Assembly (NCBI GenBank): GCA_965202585.1
Contig: OZ241828.1
Location: 17,608,001-17,672,000 of the forward strand
Length of the DNA stretch: 64,000 bases
Direction of reading: 5' to 3'
Source of the DNA: Thalia democratica
Taxonomy: Eukaryota
How positions within the stretch are numbered: position 1 is the first letter of the stretch; each line of letters begins with the position of its first letter. Of the stretch, positions 63,591 to 64,000 are shown piece by piece. The notes under the pieces were generated by a model. That model searched no databases, was not told the DNA's origin, and was given only the letters and a program-made list of their open reading frames with translations. The position numbers were made by a program, and so were the translations under genes.

Positions 63591-64000
63591 ATAAAAAAAT
63601 TAGAAATTTAACTTTGATTTTTATTTAAAATAAACTAATTTCGCGATGTGTTTAAAAATCGTAATCAATTAGGCAGTTTTACAATTTTTTTAGAAGTCAG
63701 AGCTTAAAAACCTCGGGAACTTCTTTAAGATAATGGAAAGATTTACGGTTTTATATTTAATTAAAGATTAACGTTATTATAATGAAGTAAAGTCTAAGTT
63801 TTAACAAGTTTTTTAAAGTCAACAAGTTAAACTGCATATATTATAAAATCTATGAAAAACTGTGAAAATTTATTAAATTTTATTGCTTTGATTTTAAGTA
63901 AATGAGCTATATTAAATTTATTTAAACTATAACAACATAAATAACAAGCTATTTAAAAACTAACATTAATTGAAGCAATTACAGCAAAAGCTAAACTACA

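Larger units (their letters stand above)
7316..64000. repeat. Tandem array of ~13-kb kelch-containing units; A/B dimer forms a 26,447-bp higher-order repeat
   Basis: Kelch stop codons at 8131, 20947, 34594, 47394 and 61042 give spacings of 12816, 13647, 12800 and 13648. Landmarks recur at +26,447/+26,448 with very few differences. Homology to 19965ff starts near 7316. The array runs off the right edge. Confidence 0.97.

Overview
Very AT-rich (roughly 25% GC by eye) animal genomic DNA, probably invertebrate; the taxon cannot be named from sequence alone. Bases 1-7.3 kb are a patchwork of dead transposons: a 191-bp hAT-type MITE, a Penelope-like GIY-YIG endonuclease relic, and a 2.97-kb non-autonomous Gypsy-type LTR element (TG..CA ends, TATG TSD, tRNA-Trp PBS, internal 42-bp GC minisatellite). 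From about 7,316 to the window end is a tandem array of ~13-kb units. Two unit types (A ~12.8 kb, B ~13.65 kb) alternate as a near-identical 26,447-bp higher-order repeat. Each unit carries: (i) an intronless minus-strand BACK+Kelch gene with no complete BTB domain (five copies, the edge copy a pseudogene); (ii) a small GC island about 1 kb upstream of it; (iii) a plus-strand, internally duplicated three-exon candidate microprotein gene ending in GCRTLYFT, missed by the ORF track and supported by synonymous-biased divergence; (iv) a degenerate Penelope-type hammerhead motif; (v) a minus-strand phase-consistent chain of small exons including a 12-nt microexon. B units also carry a 1,035-bp TA-flanked pogo/Tigger-like insertion. 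Spliced models, the ribozyme call and the evolutionary reconstructions are manual inferences that need RNA-seq and alignment. The ORF-track entry 9391..9594 labelled '+' is actually the minus-strand N-terminus of kelch copy 1.
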